DNA of 64,000 nucleotides from Eledone cirrhosa (GCA_964016885.1 OZ024742.1:304358001-304422000), one strand, 5' to 3'. Counted from the stretch's first letter, positions 25,638 through 41,158 are shown. Notes: a model not told the origin generated them from the sequence alone. Program-made: numbers and translations.

Positions 25638-26427
25638 ATGAGGTTATACCAGGAAATATAAATTACGGTTCTCTTCCAAATTTTACATCAATAACCTACT
25701 TATACTGTCGCTATTATACGTGTTGTGTTTATTTATATAAAATAATATACGAAATAGTTGAATTTTTATCAATTCCACTATGTGTATGTTGGTAGTTTGG
25801 CAGAGATAATGGGTGCGTTTCAGAGAAAAATGTCAATGATTTGCTTACATCGATTATTGATTTTTTCCTGTGTAATAGCTAGTCATGATATATACATCTC
25901 TATAAATTGTTTATGGTGGTTCTGGCAGGCCACTATGGAGGTGTTCTCAGGAAATCTTGAAAATATATGATGAAAGCGTACTAAATAATTTTCATAATTT
26001 ACAACATAAATGGCAAATTATGAGCAAAAGTATGTGTATAATGTAAAGATTGGCATGGATTGCTAATAAATAGTAGAACTAATAGAATATAGAACAGCAA
26101 TGATAGCAACAGAAATATAAAATATGGCAACGAATAGAGAGAAATTTGCCACGGTAAAATTACAGCCACATTGAAACTGTAAACGTCTGCTTAATATTCT
26201 ATCGCAGAATGTATACATTAAATTGAAACTGCTTCGCAGCTCACTCCCTCATTTAGACTACGTCTCTTTCCTCTATCCACAATATTTTGTAGCTTTAGTC
26301 TTTCTCGCTCACTCTCTCACTCTAATTATCTCTCTATCACTCACTTTTTCCCTCTGTCCATTAATTGATTGATCTCTCAATTATTTCTTTGATCAACGAA
26401 ATTATGACAAACATCAGAATCACCATA

Positions 26428-26429
26428 AC

Positions 26430-26473
<44 letters not shown>

Positions 26474-26497
26474 CAACAACAACAACAACAACAATAA

Positions 26498-26561
<64 letters not shown>

Positions 26562-26592
26562 TATATTAATAATAATAATAATAATAATAAAT
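26428..26592. repeat. Compound trinucleotide microsatellite (ATA)n(ACA)n(GTA)n(ATA)n
   Basis: Directly visible. Confidence 0.95.
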
Positions 26593-26794
26593 GGTAGATG
26601 TAATGAAATTATTGGAATAAATCAAACGCCAATAATGATAAACGTAATCAGAGCAATAATGGTAAGGAAAATGATTGTAGCAACAACAAAAACAATATCA
26701 ATATCAACAAACAAAAAAACAAAGACAAGGGCTAAAATTATAGTAACAAACAAATCCTTATTAATAATGATGATAATAATATTAATATTATTAA

Positions 26795-26998
26795 TAATTG
26801 TTTCTATTTTAGGCACAAGGCCAGCAATTTGAAGTGAGGGGGGAAATCGATTAAATCGAGCCCAGTGCATTACTGGTGCTTTAATTTATCGACCCCATAA
26901 GGATGAAAGACAAAGCTAACCTCGGTGGAATTTGAACTCAGAACGTAAAGGGCCGTAACTCTATGCTGCAAAGCATGATGCTCAACGCTCTTCCGAAT
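26795..26998 (-). mobile_element. SINE family A
   Basis: Same body and B-box (GGAATTTGAACTCAG on the + strand). Confidence 0.85.
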
Positions 26999-29900
26999 CT
27001 GAATAATAATACTGATAATAATGATAATAATTTTAAGGATGATGATGATGATGATAATAACCATGCTGAAGTTAATGATGGTGATAATGACAGCTTTTAT
27101 TGGCCACATGAAACCAATGCGTCGAGTACCATAAATGAATGGAAAAACAACAACAACAAAAAAGATATATATCGAGTAAAGAGAATGTGATATCAAGAAC
27201 GAAAAGACTATATTGATAACAACAACAGTAAAATAAATAAATTGTTCTGATGAGAATACAAAGAAGAACAAATGTCAACTAGGAAATATTTCCAAACGAG
27301 AGGAGTGTATTTTGTGTAATATCAGAGTAAATTTCTTCAAACCACAGATTACTTTCTCGCATCATTCTTAATGAAAGTGCCTTCTCTTGGTTTCTTCCTT
27401 CGTTCTTATAATAGTCTAGTTTGAACAAAACCAGACTACAGGAGGCTTAATCGAACTCTCATCTAGTAACACACACTTTATGCACCTTTCTTTGCGAGTG
27501 CTGAATTTCAAGCCCACATATACTTTGATACTGTAACCGTCATATATTGCTCCAAACTGTGTCAGTCACGTCGATTTCCGAGATTTCAGCCAGCATGATG
27601 GTGACGTTGACTACGTATTCAGACCCACCTTCATCATGTTCCAGTTCTAGTAGAATTCATCTTAACATAGCTGTCATCCAACGAACAACAGGAAAATTGG
27701 CGATGAGAAACTTTCATTGACGTATCAAGTGTCAGAATGAAAACGATTCCGATAGATAACCATTTAGGTAAAACAATGAGAAGATTCCACTGTTCATATA
27801 TGTAAAGCAACTGCAGAAAATATGACTGAAAGAAATTGCAAATTTGTTAGGCCATAGAGACCAGTGACCGTTCTAGAAAATTTAAAATCATCTATACTGA
27901 AATTATACTTATCCAGACTCTCTTCAATAATTGTCCTAGTCAATCTGCTGAAAAACACATACAGGTGCACCGTGCCAATGGATCTCGCAACAACAAATGC
28001 AATTGTTGTCAATAGTAGTGTTGACAACAAATGCAATCGTTGTCAATAGTACTGTTGTCCTCTGATTTCAGCTACAACAGACGTCTGTCGTGAGGTGTGT
28101 CATATATGTAGAGGTGTGTCATATATGTAAAGGTCGTAGGAAAGCTCATCTTATCAAGTTGATTTACTTTGCACTAATCTTCTCAGCTATAACTCACTGC
28201 AGTCCGAAAGCCAAGAGGCGAATTTCCTAGCTGTTGTCGGTTAAGTTTCTGGTATTTTATAATGTATCTCCTTGTTTCAATTGTTGCAGGACTTTTACAT
28301 TATTTTTTTTTCTGATAATAATTATGTTGATGTTGCTATAGTAGTAGTTATCTTTGTAGAGTGCAGCTGGTTGAATGGTCCTTGAGATTCTCAGCTTTCT
28401 TTGCTCTCAAAGCCGGTCGGTCAACTATTCAGGCGACAGATATGGACGTCATGCCTTAGATTCTATGGCATAGATCGAGGGCATTTTTGCTATAATTAAG
28501 CTGTTGTATTTTCATGAAGGTAGCTAGAAGCGATATATATTATTTCTCCTTCAATCTAGAACGCCTTCAAGGGCTTTATACTTATACAACTTTAATATCT
28601 AAATATTCTGTTTCCTACCATCGCATGTACTTACATTCCACCCCCAAAAGAGGATCTTTTACAATTATACAAATGTGTTCAACAGCTTTATTTCAAAAAT
28701 TATCTTTGAAATATTATGATGCTCCTCTCATTCTTCCACAGAAGGTATTTGTATGTTCAGCTCCAATTTCCGTGCCATGTTTGACATGAAAATAGAGATG
28801 GGCACAATATCCTATGATAGCATAAGGTCACAGATAGACATTTGTGTTCTTTAGTTTTGTTGCATAAATCTAACATTGTGCCGTCAGTCATTATACTTCA
28901 GTCATGATTCGTCATTGACAAGTGTAGGATGTTAGTTGCTTCCAAACTTTGTTTCACTTATGTACCTATATATATATTTCCCCTATTTGGATTAAATGTA
29001 TTTATATGGTATCTCATCAGCACAAATAACGATATATATGCAGCTGAATCAGTATTTCTAAATGGAAGCGAGTACTCTCTCAGACCTTCTTCTATATAAC
29101 TATCCATACAGAAGCAAACCACTTAAAAACGAAACATACATAAAGAATGTTAAACGATTGCTCAAAGGATAATGAATCAATGAACAAAACACATAAATGA
29201 AAACAAGGTAGTGCCAATTTCTATGAAAATGTGATTCAGAAGTATCCGAAATCAATGAAAACTTGAAATGGAAGCTCATTGCAAAATCCCAAATAATCCC
29301 AAAAGACATCGTTTTCTGCCAACCGCAACCTGTCTTATGAAGAACTCCATAAAAATAAAATAGAAATACATGCAGCACCAATATTTTGAGAATAATGGAG
29401 CCGAGAAAGACAACAAGTCACAAATTAAAGTGTAGAAAACCACTAGCCAAGACCTGAAAAGACGCAAACAATAACAGTCTAGACATATACCATAACACAT
29501 GCGAAGTAACATGTAATTATATAATCCTAAATTTGGGGATTAAATATTTGATAAGCACACAAAAAATTGTGGCAAATGTATTTGATAACCTACTGAAAGA
29601 GCTTGGAATATCGAGAATTAACAATTGAGGGAAAATCTTTTTGATTCGTGAAACTAACGCAATAGTGCACTCATAAAATGCTTCCATAAAATTTGATGAT
29701 GATCATAATGATAGTGATGAACCTGGTGAGCATCATCATCATTATGATAATGTTGATGATAATGATTAGGTGAGAAGGGAGCTGACGACAACGATGACGA
29801 TAAGTATATGAAAATGATCATAAACATAATTTTCAGTGGTTTAGGATCTTGAAATTTATTCAAGGAGCTCAAAGGAATATATCTGACGCTTTCGGTATTC

Positions 29901-30765
29901 TTATCTGAAATTATTGAATTAAATACAGCATTGTGATGGCTCATGACTTAATGCGTAGACATTTGGGATCACGATTGTAAGGACATAAATCGATTCTCTG
30001 CAGCACCTTGTGTACTTGATAATATATTTCACATTTCGCTATTTAGTTAATGTGGAAAAATGTGGCGACCTCTAATTCAAATGGTATTGATACACATTGG
30101 TTCTCTCTGAGAGTTATGATAGAGTTACACGCTTCGTTGAAATGCTTTCTGGTGCAGCCAATCTTCTTTAATTTACCGAAGACTGATCTGAATCTTTGAT
30201 TTAATAGCCTTAATTTTGGTTTGTTGGGATTTTCGGACTTTTCTAGAATCTGTTTGTACATATCTTGTTTTTCACACAGAAGTCTGGACCCTTCCAAGTT
30301 ATTATCAGCAATTCAATCAGATTACTATAAACCCTCGTTAAGATCTTATATACTGAGGAAACTGTACACGAGTTACTTGTGCGAAATATTATTTTTCAAA
30401 GTGGATGTATCTGGCACACCTCCAATTTTGTCTGCATGGATTTGCTATTCACTTTGACAATTGGTATAGCCAGACAAAATACTTCATATATCTCAGGTTT
30501 TACATTGGACTTTTCCATCTAGGTATATCACTAACAAAGTTTGCAGAGCTACTACTCTCCGCCACTCAAAAGTTTTAAAGGTAGAAAATATCAAAATGTT
30601 AAAAGCTAAAAATGATTTTAAAGGATATGTTCATATAAAAAAAAATATATATAAGTATAAAAGTAGATACATATGTACATGTTTAATTGGATCGCCGTTG
30701 ACTCTCATGAGTTCCTTCAACATTTGCAGCGTTTTGGTTTTCGTCCCGCAGGGTGTCCAATTTCC

Positions 30766-30860
30766 AGTTAACCTCGGCAGGATTTGAACTCAGATCATAG
30801 AGGGCCGTAACCCTATGCTTCTAAGCATGGCGACCGACCCCCTACCGACACTGCCAATCA
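30766..30860 (-). mobile_element. SINE family A head fragment
   Basis: GTTAACCTCGGCAGGATTTGAACTCAG...CTACCGACACTGCCAA. Confidence 0.75.
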
Positions 30861-32164
30861 ATCGCCCTTGTGTATGCAGTACTAATAAATACAAAGAACG
30901 AAATCCAGAAAATTATCCTCCTGATGTTTTCATACCAGGAATTAGTTCTTCCCGCTTCGTTTTATGACGTAATTAGTTCTCTTTGCAGAAAATTCGCCCT
31001 TAACACAAGTGATAGTTTTCCCGTGATACTATTATGTATTTCCATTTCTTAAAGGGAATGATTGTACTTACTTTTCTCGAAATATTTATATCTGAGTGTA
31101 CAGATTTATACATCTTAGTTTCAGAGGACCACGCATTATGATGAAAGCAGAAAATGCTTGCTTCAACTCATAATCTGTGCTAATAACAGTAAATGTATGA
31201 TGTATGTATGTATGTATGTATGTATGTATGTATGTATGTATGTATGTATGTATGTATGCATGCATGCATGTATGTATGTATGCATGTATGTATGCATGTA
31301 TGTATGTATGTTTGCCTGTATATATATGCAAAATAGTATGCATGTATGTACGTATGTATGCGTGTATGTATGCAGGTATGTATGTATGCATGTATGTATG
31401 TATGCAGGTATGTATGTATGCATATATGTATGTATTTTTGCCTGTATATATATATATGCAACACTGTATGCATGTGCGAGAAAGTGTTTTTGCGTGGAAG
31501 TTCATATATGAAACTACATGCATGTATGGTGTTGGCATGAGCTGAAAAGATCCGATACTTTTTCCTCTTTGTTCTATAAATACATAATTACTCAAATATT
31601 TTCTATAAAACAAAACATTGGCCATTTTCCCATTCAAATTTTTGTCGCCTTCTCCTACTCCTCATTTATTTGTAAAACCTTCTTGTTTATTGCTAGAATG
31701 AAAACAACTTTAAAAGACTATTTTTCCTTTTATCTGTGTTTACGATTTTTACTGCTATTGATAAAACGCAAACAAGTATCATATCACGCGTACAACTAAA
31801 AATAAAAGATTAAACACTAAATAATTTTTGGAAGTATATAATGACGCCAGCAAAATATTAAAATATGTTTATTACAATCGCCAGCTATATGCTGACCATT
31901 TGACAGCTTACCAGGCTTACTGAGTAACAGAAGGAATTGATGACACAGACAAAGCAAAACATGCATACATGTGTAACTATAGCCGGGTGTCTGAGATTGC
32001 GTATATGCATGCGTGTAAATGTGTGATTGCTACTGTGTATGTTTGTATGACTGGCGTTATATCAATAGATTAATTGACACGTACTTGTATATACACACTT
32101 TCATACATACATACACACACACACACGCACACATATACACACACAAACACACACACAGTGGTGG

Positions 32165-32305
32165 CTTAGTTCAAATCTAGCTGTCGAAACGGCCGGAGCT
32201 CGGCCGTCGGGGTCCTGAATCTTTTCATATTAGCCACACTACTACCCCAAGTATCGAGTACTCTGGTGCGTTATGGTCCACCTGGTATCTTACCACACCC
32301 TCTCT
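32165..32305 (+). mobile_element. 3' tail of the 3451-4140 HHR family
   Basis: GCTGTCGAAACGGCCGGAGCTCGGCCGTCGGGGTCC...GAGTACTCTGGTGCGTTATGGTCCACCTGG, then (TA)n. Further copies at ~48281-48345(-), 61320-61462, 61570-61662(-) and 62722-62850(+). Confidence 0.8.
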
Positions 32306-32306
32306 G

Positions 32307-32340
<34 letters not shown>

Positions 32341-32389
32341 GGGGGATTAAAACTTTTGCTCCGACATAGCTGTATGCATACAAGTATGT

Positions 32390-32892
32390 GAATTTTTCGT
32401 ATATCTAATGATACAGGTTTGTTTAACAAACTAACTATGAATATTGAAAGGCTGACGACTAGCACCGTGTAGCGGATTCTAGCAGAAGCAGTGGGGTACA
32501 ACTGTCTATGCGCATTTCAGGATCTGGCTATTATCAGGACAGTGCTTCTCCTGCTCTCTGATGGAAGTTGAAACAGGTGAAATATAAACATGAAAGTACT
32601 ATTACAATTTTAGCTCCGGCGTACCTGTATACATACAGGTACGTCAATTTCGTAAATCTAATGATATACGGTAAGTTTAATAAATAAAAATCTGGACTAT
32701 CTAACTATGAATATCGAAAGGCTGAAGGCTAACGCCGTCTAGAGGATTCCAACAGAAGCAGAGTTGGACAACTGTCTATGCGCATGACAGGCTCTCGCGA
32801 GCCAGCAGCTTATCAATATTTATAGCTAGGCTTTTTTAATGTTTATTTATTAAACATACCGTTATATCATTAGACATAGGAAATTGACATAT
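32390..32892. mobile_element. Tandem (~255-270 bp period) plus inverted-tail element with degenerate HHR
   Basis: ~32395-32515 is repeated at ~32648-32785, with an inverted tail at ~32810-32890. Minus-strand 32501-32543 reads ACTGTC-CTGATAA-...-GAAA-TGCGCA-TA-GACAGT. Confidence 0.65.
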
Positions 32893-32919
32893 TGTATTGA
32901 GAAGTTATTCGTCAATATT

Positions 32920-33040
32920 TACTGAGTTCAAATCCCGCCGCGGTTAAATTTGCCTTCATGCTTACGGGGTTGATAAAATAAAGTACCAGTAATGCACTGG
33001 TATAATTGCTGGCCTTGTGCCAAAAATTAGAAACAATATT
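32920..33040 (+). mobile_element. SINE family A, 5'-truncated
   Basis: CTGAGTTCAAATCCCGCCGCGGTTAAATTTGCC...AGAAACAAT. Confidence 0.8.
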
Positions 33041-33499
33041 TAACTTATGTATATATATATATATACTTCAATTTAGGTGAATAATCAGTCTTTATAGAGT
33101 TGAAATCAATGTATTCCTTTCTAACATCCGTTCAATTTATTGAAATGTAATTGTAAACATCTGTAAGAATTTGCAGATTAATTAATTAATTAACTAAATT
33201 GGCAAACAATGCAATTACATTTCAAAAATGTCCCCATTAAATAAACTTTTAGATTTGTGGAATAACAGTCCCATTAGCAGGTAGGTATGCGATATTAAGT
33301 ATTTTAGAGAAATAAATGCCCCAAAGTATCCCAAATATAAATGCGAAAGATATATAACCAAAGGTGATACACAACTATCTGAATTAATATTCCCCCTTGG
33401 ATTGTTACATATGTAGGTGGCAACTGGTAATGGCCTTTGGTAAAGCAGTTCCTTTTTACGATCCACGGAGATATACTTTAATTAGACATGTTTATTGTA

Positions 33500-33603
<104 letters not shown>

Positions 33604-33611
33604 ATGTATAT

Positions 33612-34774
33612 ATGGGATAACAAGTTATAGTTATAGGGTAATCCAGTTAGAGCTTGTGAGTACTCTACGTCGTGGATAGTTTTAATGTACGGCTTTGTTT
33701 GACCATAGTTATGCAGCGAGATCGCGGTAATTCCTCTGCAGGTTATACTTGGAGTAATTATAGTGAAAGAATGAAGATTAACATGGTTGGCTGTACAAGA
33801 AGGGGCTTTATTTCAAGTACTGACAATTGTTTCGTTGATCAGGTGAGTGTAGAGGTCGCTAATCACTTGAAGTTGCGTCACTCGATCTCCAATACATTAT
33901 TTACCTCTGATCAACGCATCAGAGTACGTAGATATACAAATAATTCACTCGAGGCAAGATATATATAGAAGAGTAGCGTATAATCAAAACAATAACATCA
34001 ATAATAAAACAGATATGGTAAACAGGTATAGAAGTTACAGATGTAAAAAGTAAAAAAGTAAAAGATAAGATAGGATACATTAAAAAGGTAAGAAAATAAG
34101 AAAATGTAAAATATAAAGAAAGAAATAATGACAAGTGAGAGCTTGTAAGTACAGAGTATGTTTGTGGTGGTGGTGAATTAGTGTTCTTATAAGGATTCTT
34201 TTGTGGGTTTACTGCTAACATGAAAAGCTAAATTCGAAATACACATCGATACATGTATAGAGTCCGATGTAATGACAGATAAAAGAAAAAAGAAATAAGA
34301 AAAAGCAATACATTAGAGATTAATTGAGGGATATAAGTGTGAGAATTAAGGGCTAGGGTGGATTGTGAAGGGAGGTTTGACAAAAGTGTGTGGTAAATGT
34401 TTTGCTGATTGTCTAGTCTTAATGGGGTGGATGCTGTTTCAGGGAAAGAGGGTGAAAGAGATGTTTAGAGATTTACGATCCAGTGACCAGTTGGTCGCTT
34501 GACAGCTAATAGCAGGGTGATGGTGTATATTCTATATGCTAAAATCCAGGTGGTTCAGTTCTAATTTTGGGAATGGTGGTTCGAATAACCGTAGTTTGAA
34601 GTTTGTGAATCTGGTAACTATTTTATGCCTTTCTAATAATGTATTGGAGACCGAGTGACGCAACTTCAAGCAATTAGCGACCTCTAGACTCACCTGATCA
34701 ATGAAACAATTGTAGTACTTAAAATAAAGCCCCTTATTGTACAGCCAACCATGTTACTCTTCATTCTTTCACTA
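33612..34774 (-). mobile_element. PLE-type 3' remnant with inverted terminal copy
   Basis: ~33760-33901 is inverted at ~34636-34774; flanked by (TA)n; HHR at 33817-33927. A related fragment lies at ~59603-59872. Confidence 0.7.
33817..33927 (-). ncRNA. Hammerhead motif with long stem-II insertion and non-canonical position 9
   Basis: Reverse complement GTACT-CTGATGC-GTTGATCAG...CTGATCAAC-GAAA-CAATTG-TC-AGTAC. Confidence 0.6.
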
Positions 34775-34778
34775 TATA

Positions 34779-35623
<845 letters not shown>

Positions 35624-37327
35624 GTGTGTGTGTGTGTGTGTTTACGATTACATACACATTACTCGAAGCTTCAATTAAAGTATGTACTGTCTATATACTA
35701 ATGTGTATGTGTATACACTAATCTGCATGCGAGAGCACATATACACATGCAGAGACATATATATGGATCAGAAACATATATCCAACATACCTGTAGAAAA
35801 TTCGTTACGTCTCACTTCTAACGCTGTATATATTTTCTATGTTTAAATTTAATTTCCTCCTACAGGAGGCAACCAGCAATAATAATTATGAAATATATAA
35901 TATACAAAAACATACATCACAAAATCATTTTTGTTTTATTCCTGACCGTTTAAATAAATATCGTGACGATATGTGACAATGTGTTAGATATTGCTACTGT
36001 ACTGATATAATTTGAATTCAAGCAGATAAAAACTTTTAAAGTCGATTTCTCTGGTGAAGATCTCATTTCAAATTAAGTTCTAAAATTGCATCTACCGTAG
36101 CTTGCAGATTTCATTTCCAGTACATTTAGCAGTTTTATTTGATTATCTTTATTTAATCTCATTTATATCCTGAACCCTCAATTTAACTCGAAACACAGAT
36201 ATTTGAACTTTAACCTCTAACGCGTAGGCCCGAGCAGGTTTTCGTTTTCATTTTTAACGAAAAACCAGCATTTACACTACCAGGCAAATCCTTCACTCCT
36301 CCTGGGGATAAATGATGTCCCAGGGAAAATTAAGGGCTGTTATACATATTGCCTCTGGTGTCGTTCTCGCCCGATCACGAAGAGCCATAACAGATACGCA
36401 AAGCATTTTTACCCTTCGGTGATTCTACCGTTCGCAAACTTTCATTATATGCACACAGAGGAGAACTTCTTTTTAAAACAAACATCCAATTTTCCATTGT
36501 ATCAAATCACTTTCTTTTCAACTTTGTAATTTTATTTATATTCACCACATCTATTGTTTCACTTCACTCACTTATTCCTCGATTAACCCCTTTCGTCCCA
36601 ACACCACTTCTTTTATCTCATTTACCTTAACTCTTCTAACATTCAAGCTGCTTCTTCTATCTTATTTCACATTTTTATTCTCACAGATCCATTATTCATC
36701 TCCCTACTCTCAATTCAACACGACCATTATTCCCTTTATCTAATCGTCATCAGCATCATTATCATCTCTTCATTATTTGCCACATCTTTCATTATCTCCT
36801 CCCTCACTTCTACAATTTTCAATTTCTTTTTTTCTACCTTTTCATACTCGCTCCCTCTGGCCCTCTTTTCCTCAAATCGTTCTTTTCGATCCCTTCTTTC
36901 TTTTCTTCGCTTTTATTTTCCGGGACACCCACTTTTATCCTTAACATCTTTGCCAATAGTTCAAGACTTAGGCTCTCATAGGCCGCTTGACTTGCTAGAA
37001 AGAGCAGACAGATCTTATGTGTTAAAATCTTAACTCAACGCGGCCATCTCGTCTATAAACTATGCATGAAACATATACGAGATGGTAGTTTAGTGTTAAG
37101 CTTTTACCATAGCTGTGAACAATTTTAGCTGAACGTGGGCCCCAAAACTATATCTTCGGCCCAAAATAATTACACTCTCGTGGTGACACTAAAGTTGACT
37201 TGCAACTACTTATGTAGCAATAGGAATAGTAATTCTTTTTTAAAATCTCTAGAAAATACGAGTGGCATATTTAGTACGTACATATTTTTGGAAATGAAAT
37301 AATTCGAAGCACCAGTTTAAGACATAC

Positions 37328-37401
<74 letters not shown>

Positions 37402-38984
37402 CACACACATATATATATAATTTCTGATTTGTATAAACATTTTAATGCACCTTACATATATTTATATTCGTAATAAAACCCTATTTTTCTGTTAATTATA
37501 CGCAATCAGACAATTATTGTGAGTGATGATGTCTTGTATGTAGTTCGTGCTACTGAAGAAAAAAAACACTAATTGATAGAGAAAAAAGGCGCACATCAAA
37601 TAGAAACTCTCTGACTGAAATTTCTATAATGAGAGGAGACAGTAATTTGTTCGTATGCACGTATGAGAATCAGTATAATGAAAAATAGAAAGAAAAAAAA
37701 ATGAGCTGAGGGATATAACTCAAATGACATACGTGGACATACATCATGTAGGAGTGGTTTTGCACTAGGTATATATAATGGGTTCGGAGACAGGATGGCC
37801 TCAATCAGGTTCCAGATTTGTGAAATATATCATGACGGCGCTCCTATATTTCGATCAGGAGTTACGAATCCATCATAGAGATATAATAATAGGCAACAAA
37901 AGGAACTGGATTAAAAGAAAAAGAAATACTTGATAATAAAATGAAACTTACATGTTTTATAGCAGCCTTAAGCAATATTCTCTTTTCTTGCGTCTCGTAT
38001 TCAACATACTCACCGTGTTGGGTAAATCTATTGGTGGGCGGCAGTTGACTGCAAACAGTCTCTTTCGAGAGAGCAGGAAGCTAGCGAAAAATGAAACACA
38101 AATAGATTATTCGGAAATATATTTTTACAAATTAATCATTCATTTTTTCGATAAAAAAAGGAGAAAAAAAGGGATCTTTCATTATCATTCACATTTACTT
38201 TATTTTTCGACATCATTTATGTATGATTGCTTTCAATCAGTTGACATTTTTCTCCTAGTTGGTCAAAGGAAACAAAAACCTAATGTCATGCCACGAAAGA
38301 CCGGATAAATTAACAATCAATTTTAATAATTTAATTCTTACGTTTTTTTCTTTTTTTTTAGTGAGGAACTGATGTGCTGGACTACAACACTCTTCGGTAC
38401 CATCGTGTTAGCTAGAAGTTGGGATGTATTCGCAAACAGGATACATGGCCAGTAGGCTTGCAACAGAAAGCATTTCCCAAAAGATGACTAAATTTACACA
38501 TGATAGAATTAAATAGGGCGTCGTTTTAAATGTACATTCCAAGATTGATTTTTAGTTTACTGATAAGGCCAACAAAATTTTTAAATGTTAGACTCATTAA
38601 CTCATCTAAAATACATGATTGGTTCTTTATTGTACCGATGGCGGAAGAGCGAAAGGAAACTTTGACGTCGGCTGAACAGAAATATACAACTTAGGAGCCA
38701 GACCGAATACCTCAATGCATTTTATCTGGGGTTCTACTAGTTCTGCTAATCTACCAGCGAACATTACATTTTCCTTCTCTATACTCTTCTAACAAATATG
38801 AGGCAATTTTACACATATACGAAACAGTGGTTAAGTGCAATTTATCCAGTGTTGAGAAGGGTTCCCAAGGAGTTGGGTTCGCGGTCAGGTTTCTCTCAGA
38901 TAAAATCTGTTTAAAACCTTTTGTTGATAGCCTAGATTGGTGATTACATATATCAATACTACCCCACCCCCAGAACACCTCCAG

Positions 38985-39685
38985 AACCACTTCTAATAAC
39001 AACAACAACAATATATAAAACCATCACCACTAAAACTACCATCTAAGCAGCACCAAAAGCCACCAACAACAACAGTACCCTCACCCTCGTTAGAGCTACT
39101 AACAAGAACAGCATCAACCTCACCACCACCATTTCAACCAATGACAACAACGGCACACCAACCATCATTACCACTATTACCAACAACAAGAACAACATCA
39201 CCATCAACACTGCCACCGTAATCAACAACAATTGCATATCAACCATCATTACCATTTTAAAAACAACAAAAAAAAAATCATCATCATCATCCGTCACCGC
39301 AACCTACAACAACTACAGCAGCAACCACAACATCATTTCCATTCCTACCAAAAAGAACATCACCACAACCACCACTACAGCCACCACCAGCATAACCACC
39401 ACAACCACTCCACCGCAACCAACAACAACGCAACGACACAGCAACCATCATTACCACTATCACCATCACCACCCACCACCGCAAACTACAACAACAACTA
39501 TAACACCTCCCACCCTTATTACCACAACTACCAACAACAACAACAACAACACCAGCTTCATCAGCAGCCACAACACCACATCCAACAACATCAACAACAG
39601 CAGGCAGTACGTCATTACCATTCCTACCAACAGCGACAACAACGGTAACGCCAGCAAAATCACAATAACCATAACAATCAATCAC
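38985..39685. repeat. Degenerate (CAN)n low-complexity tract
   Basis: Mixed CAA/CAC/CAT/CAG triplets with register shifts. Confidence 0.85.
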
Positions 39686-40195
39686 ATTTTAAAATCTACT
39701 GAAATAAAAATATTACGCTTCACTCGATTTACAAAGCAAAAATGTTTTCTATTAATTACTCGGTTCATTCGGAGAATTGTCCTGAAAGAGATGGATCTGG
39801 ATGATGTAATATTTATACTTTTTCCAATAATGTTAGCGACGGTAGAGTAGTGACATAAATAACATCAGAAGTACAAATGCATGTCGTGGACTCACCAATC
39901 TTAAAAGCCAACCCCTCGTGTTATAGAGTTAACCATTATTATTCAGTGTGTCCTTCTGTCTGTGCTTAAGATCATGTATATTTGTTGTTGCTTTTGTTAT
40001 TGGTAAATTAATATATATATATATATATGTATATATATAAATAAATACATTATCGGAGAAAGCTTTTTTGCGATACTCCGGCCAAATTCCAACTTACTCA
40101 ACAAACATTAGGAAATAAGTGATTATATTCCTAATTAAACGTTCGGGGTGCTAACTAAATGTATTGTGTGGAAAATTGGCTGTATTATTTCTTGA

Positions 40196-40231
<36 letters not shown>

Positions 40232-40259
40232 TGTGTGCGTGTGTATATACATATATATA

Positions 40260-40324
<65 letters not shown>

Positions 40325-41094
40325 TAAGTGAGAGAGAGTAAGAGAGAGAGAGATTGAGAGAGGGAGAGAGATACATTTATATGTATGCGCGTGTGTGTGT
40401 CTGTGCGTGTTTGTATGTGTGTGCCTGTGTCTGTCTGTGTCTTTGTGCTTGTCTTTGTTTACCTTTTATATGTACATAAATACATATATATATGTGTGTA
40501 TGCGTGTTCATGAATTAACGTTCTTGTTTTTGTATATATGCTTTTACATTTTCGCTTTGTTTTCTACTTTTTGTGCATTTGTTTTTGTCTTTCGAGCTGT
40601 CGACCTTTTTCGTCTGCTCGGCCTCCCGCTGATATCAGCAATGATGTAATAACTTTGATTACGTTTAGCCAATGATTATTCTACATAGTTTGGTGTGATC
40701 AAAGGTGCTGCTGTTGTTACATGTCTGCCGCTAGTGGCCCGGATCTGGAGCATCCCATATAACAGTGATTTCATATAGAAGAGACCGGCCATAATACGAC
40801 TTAAACGCCGCCTTTTTCGTTCAATCAATGAAGCCAAACAAACACACAAATACACATACACACGCACAAACAAACACACAAACAGATGTACACACTGGTT
40901 CGCAGACACAAGCTTTTATTTATTAACCGTGCCTTTATGAATACGCGTATATATATACATACACACGTACATACACACACGCACACACACACATATATAT
41001 ATATATATGTGTGTGTGAGTGTGTGTGTGTTTGTGTGCATGCATACATGAATACATACATGCAAATCCACGCATACACATAGACTAACACGCGC

Positions 41095-41158
<64 letters not shown>

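Noticed and set aside
39232-39648. Q/H-rich ORF resembling a transcription-factor domain
   Set aside because: It arises from a degenerate CAN triplet tract that is open in several frames and on both strands, with no domain or splice support.
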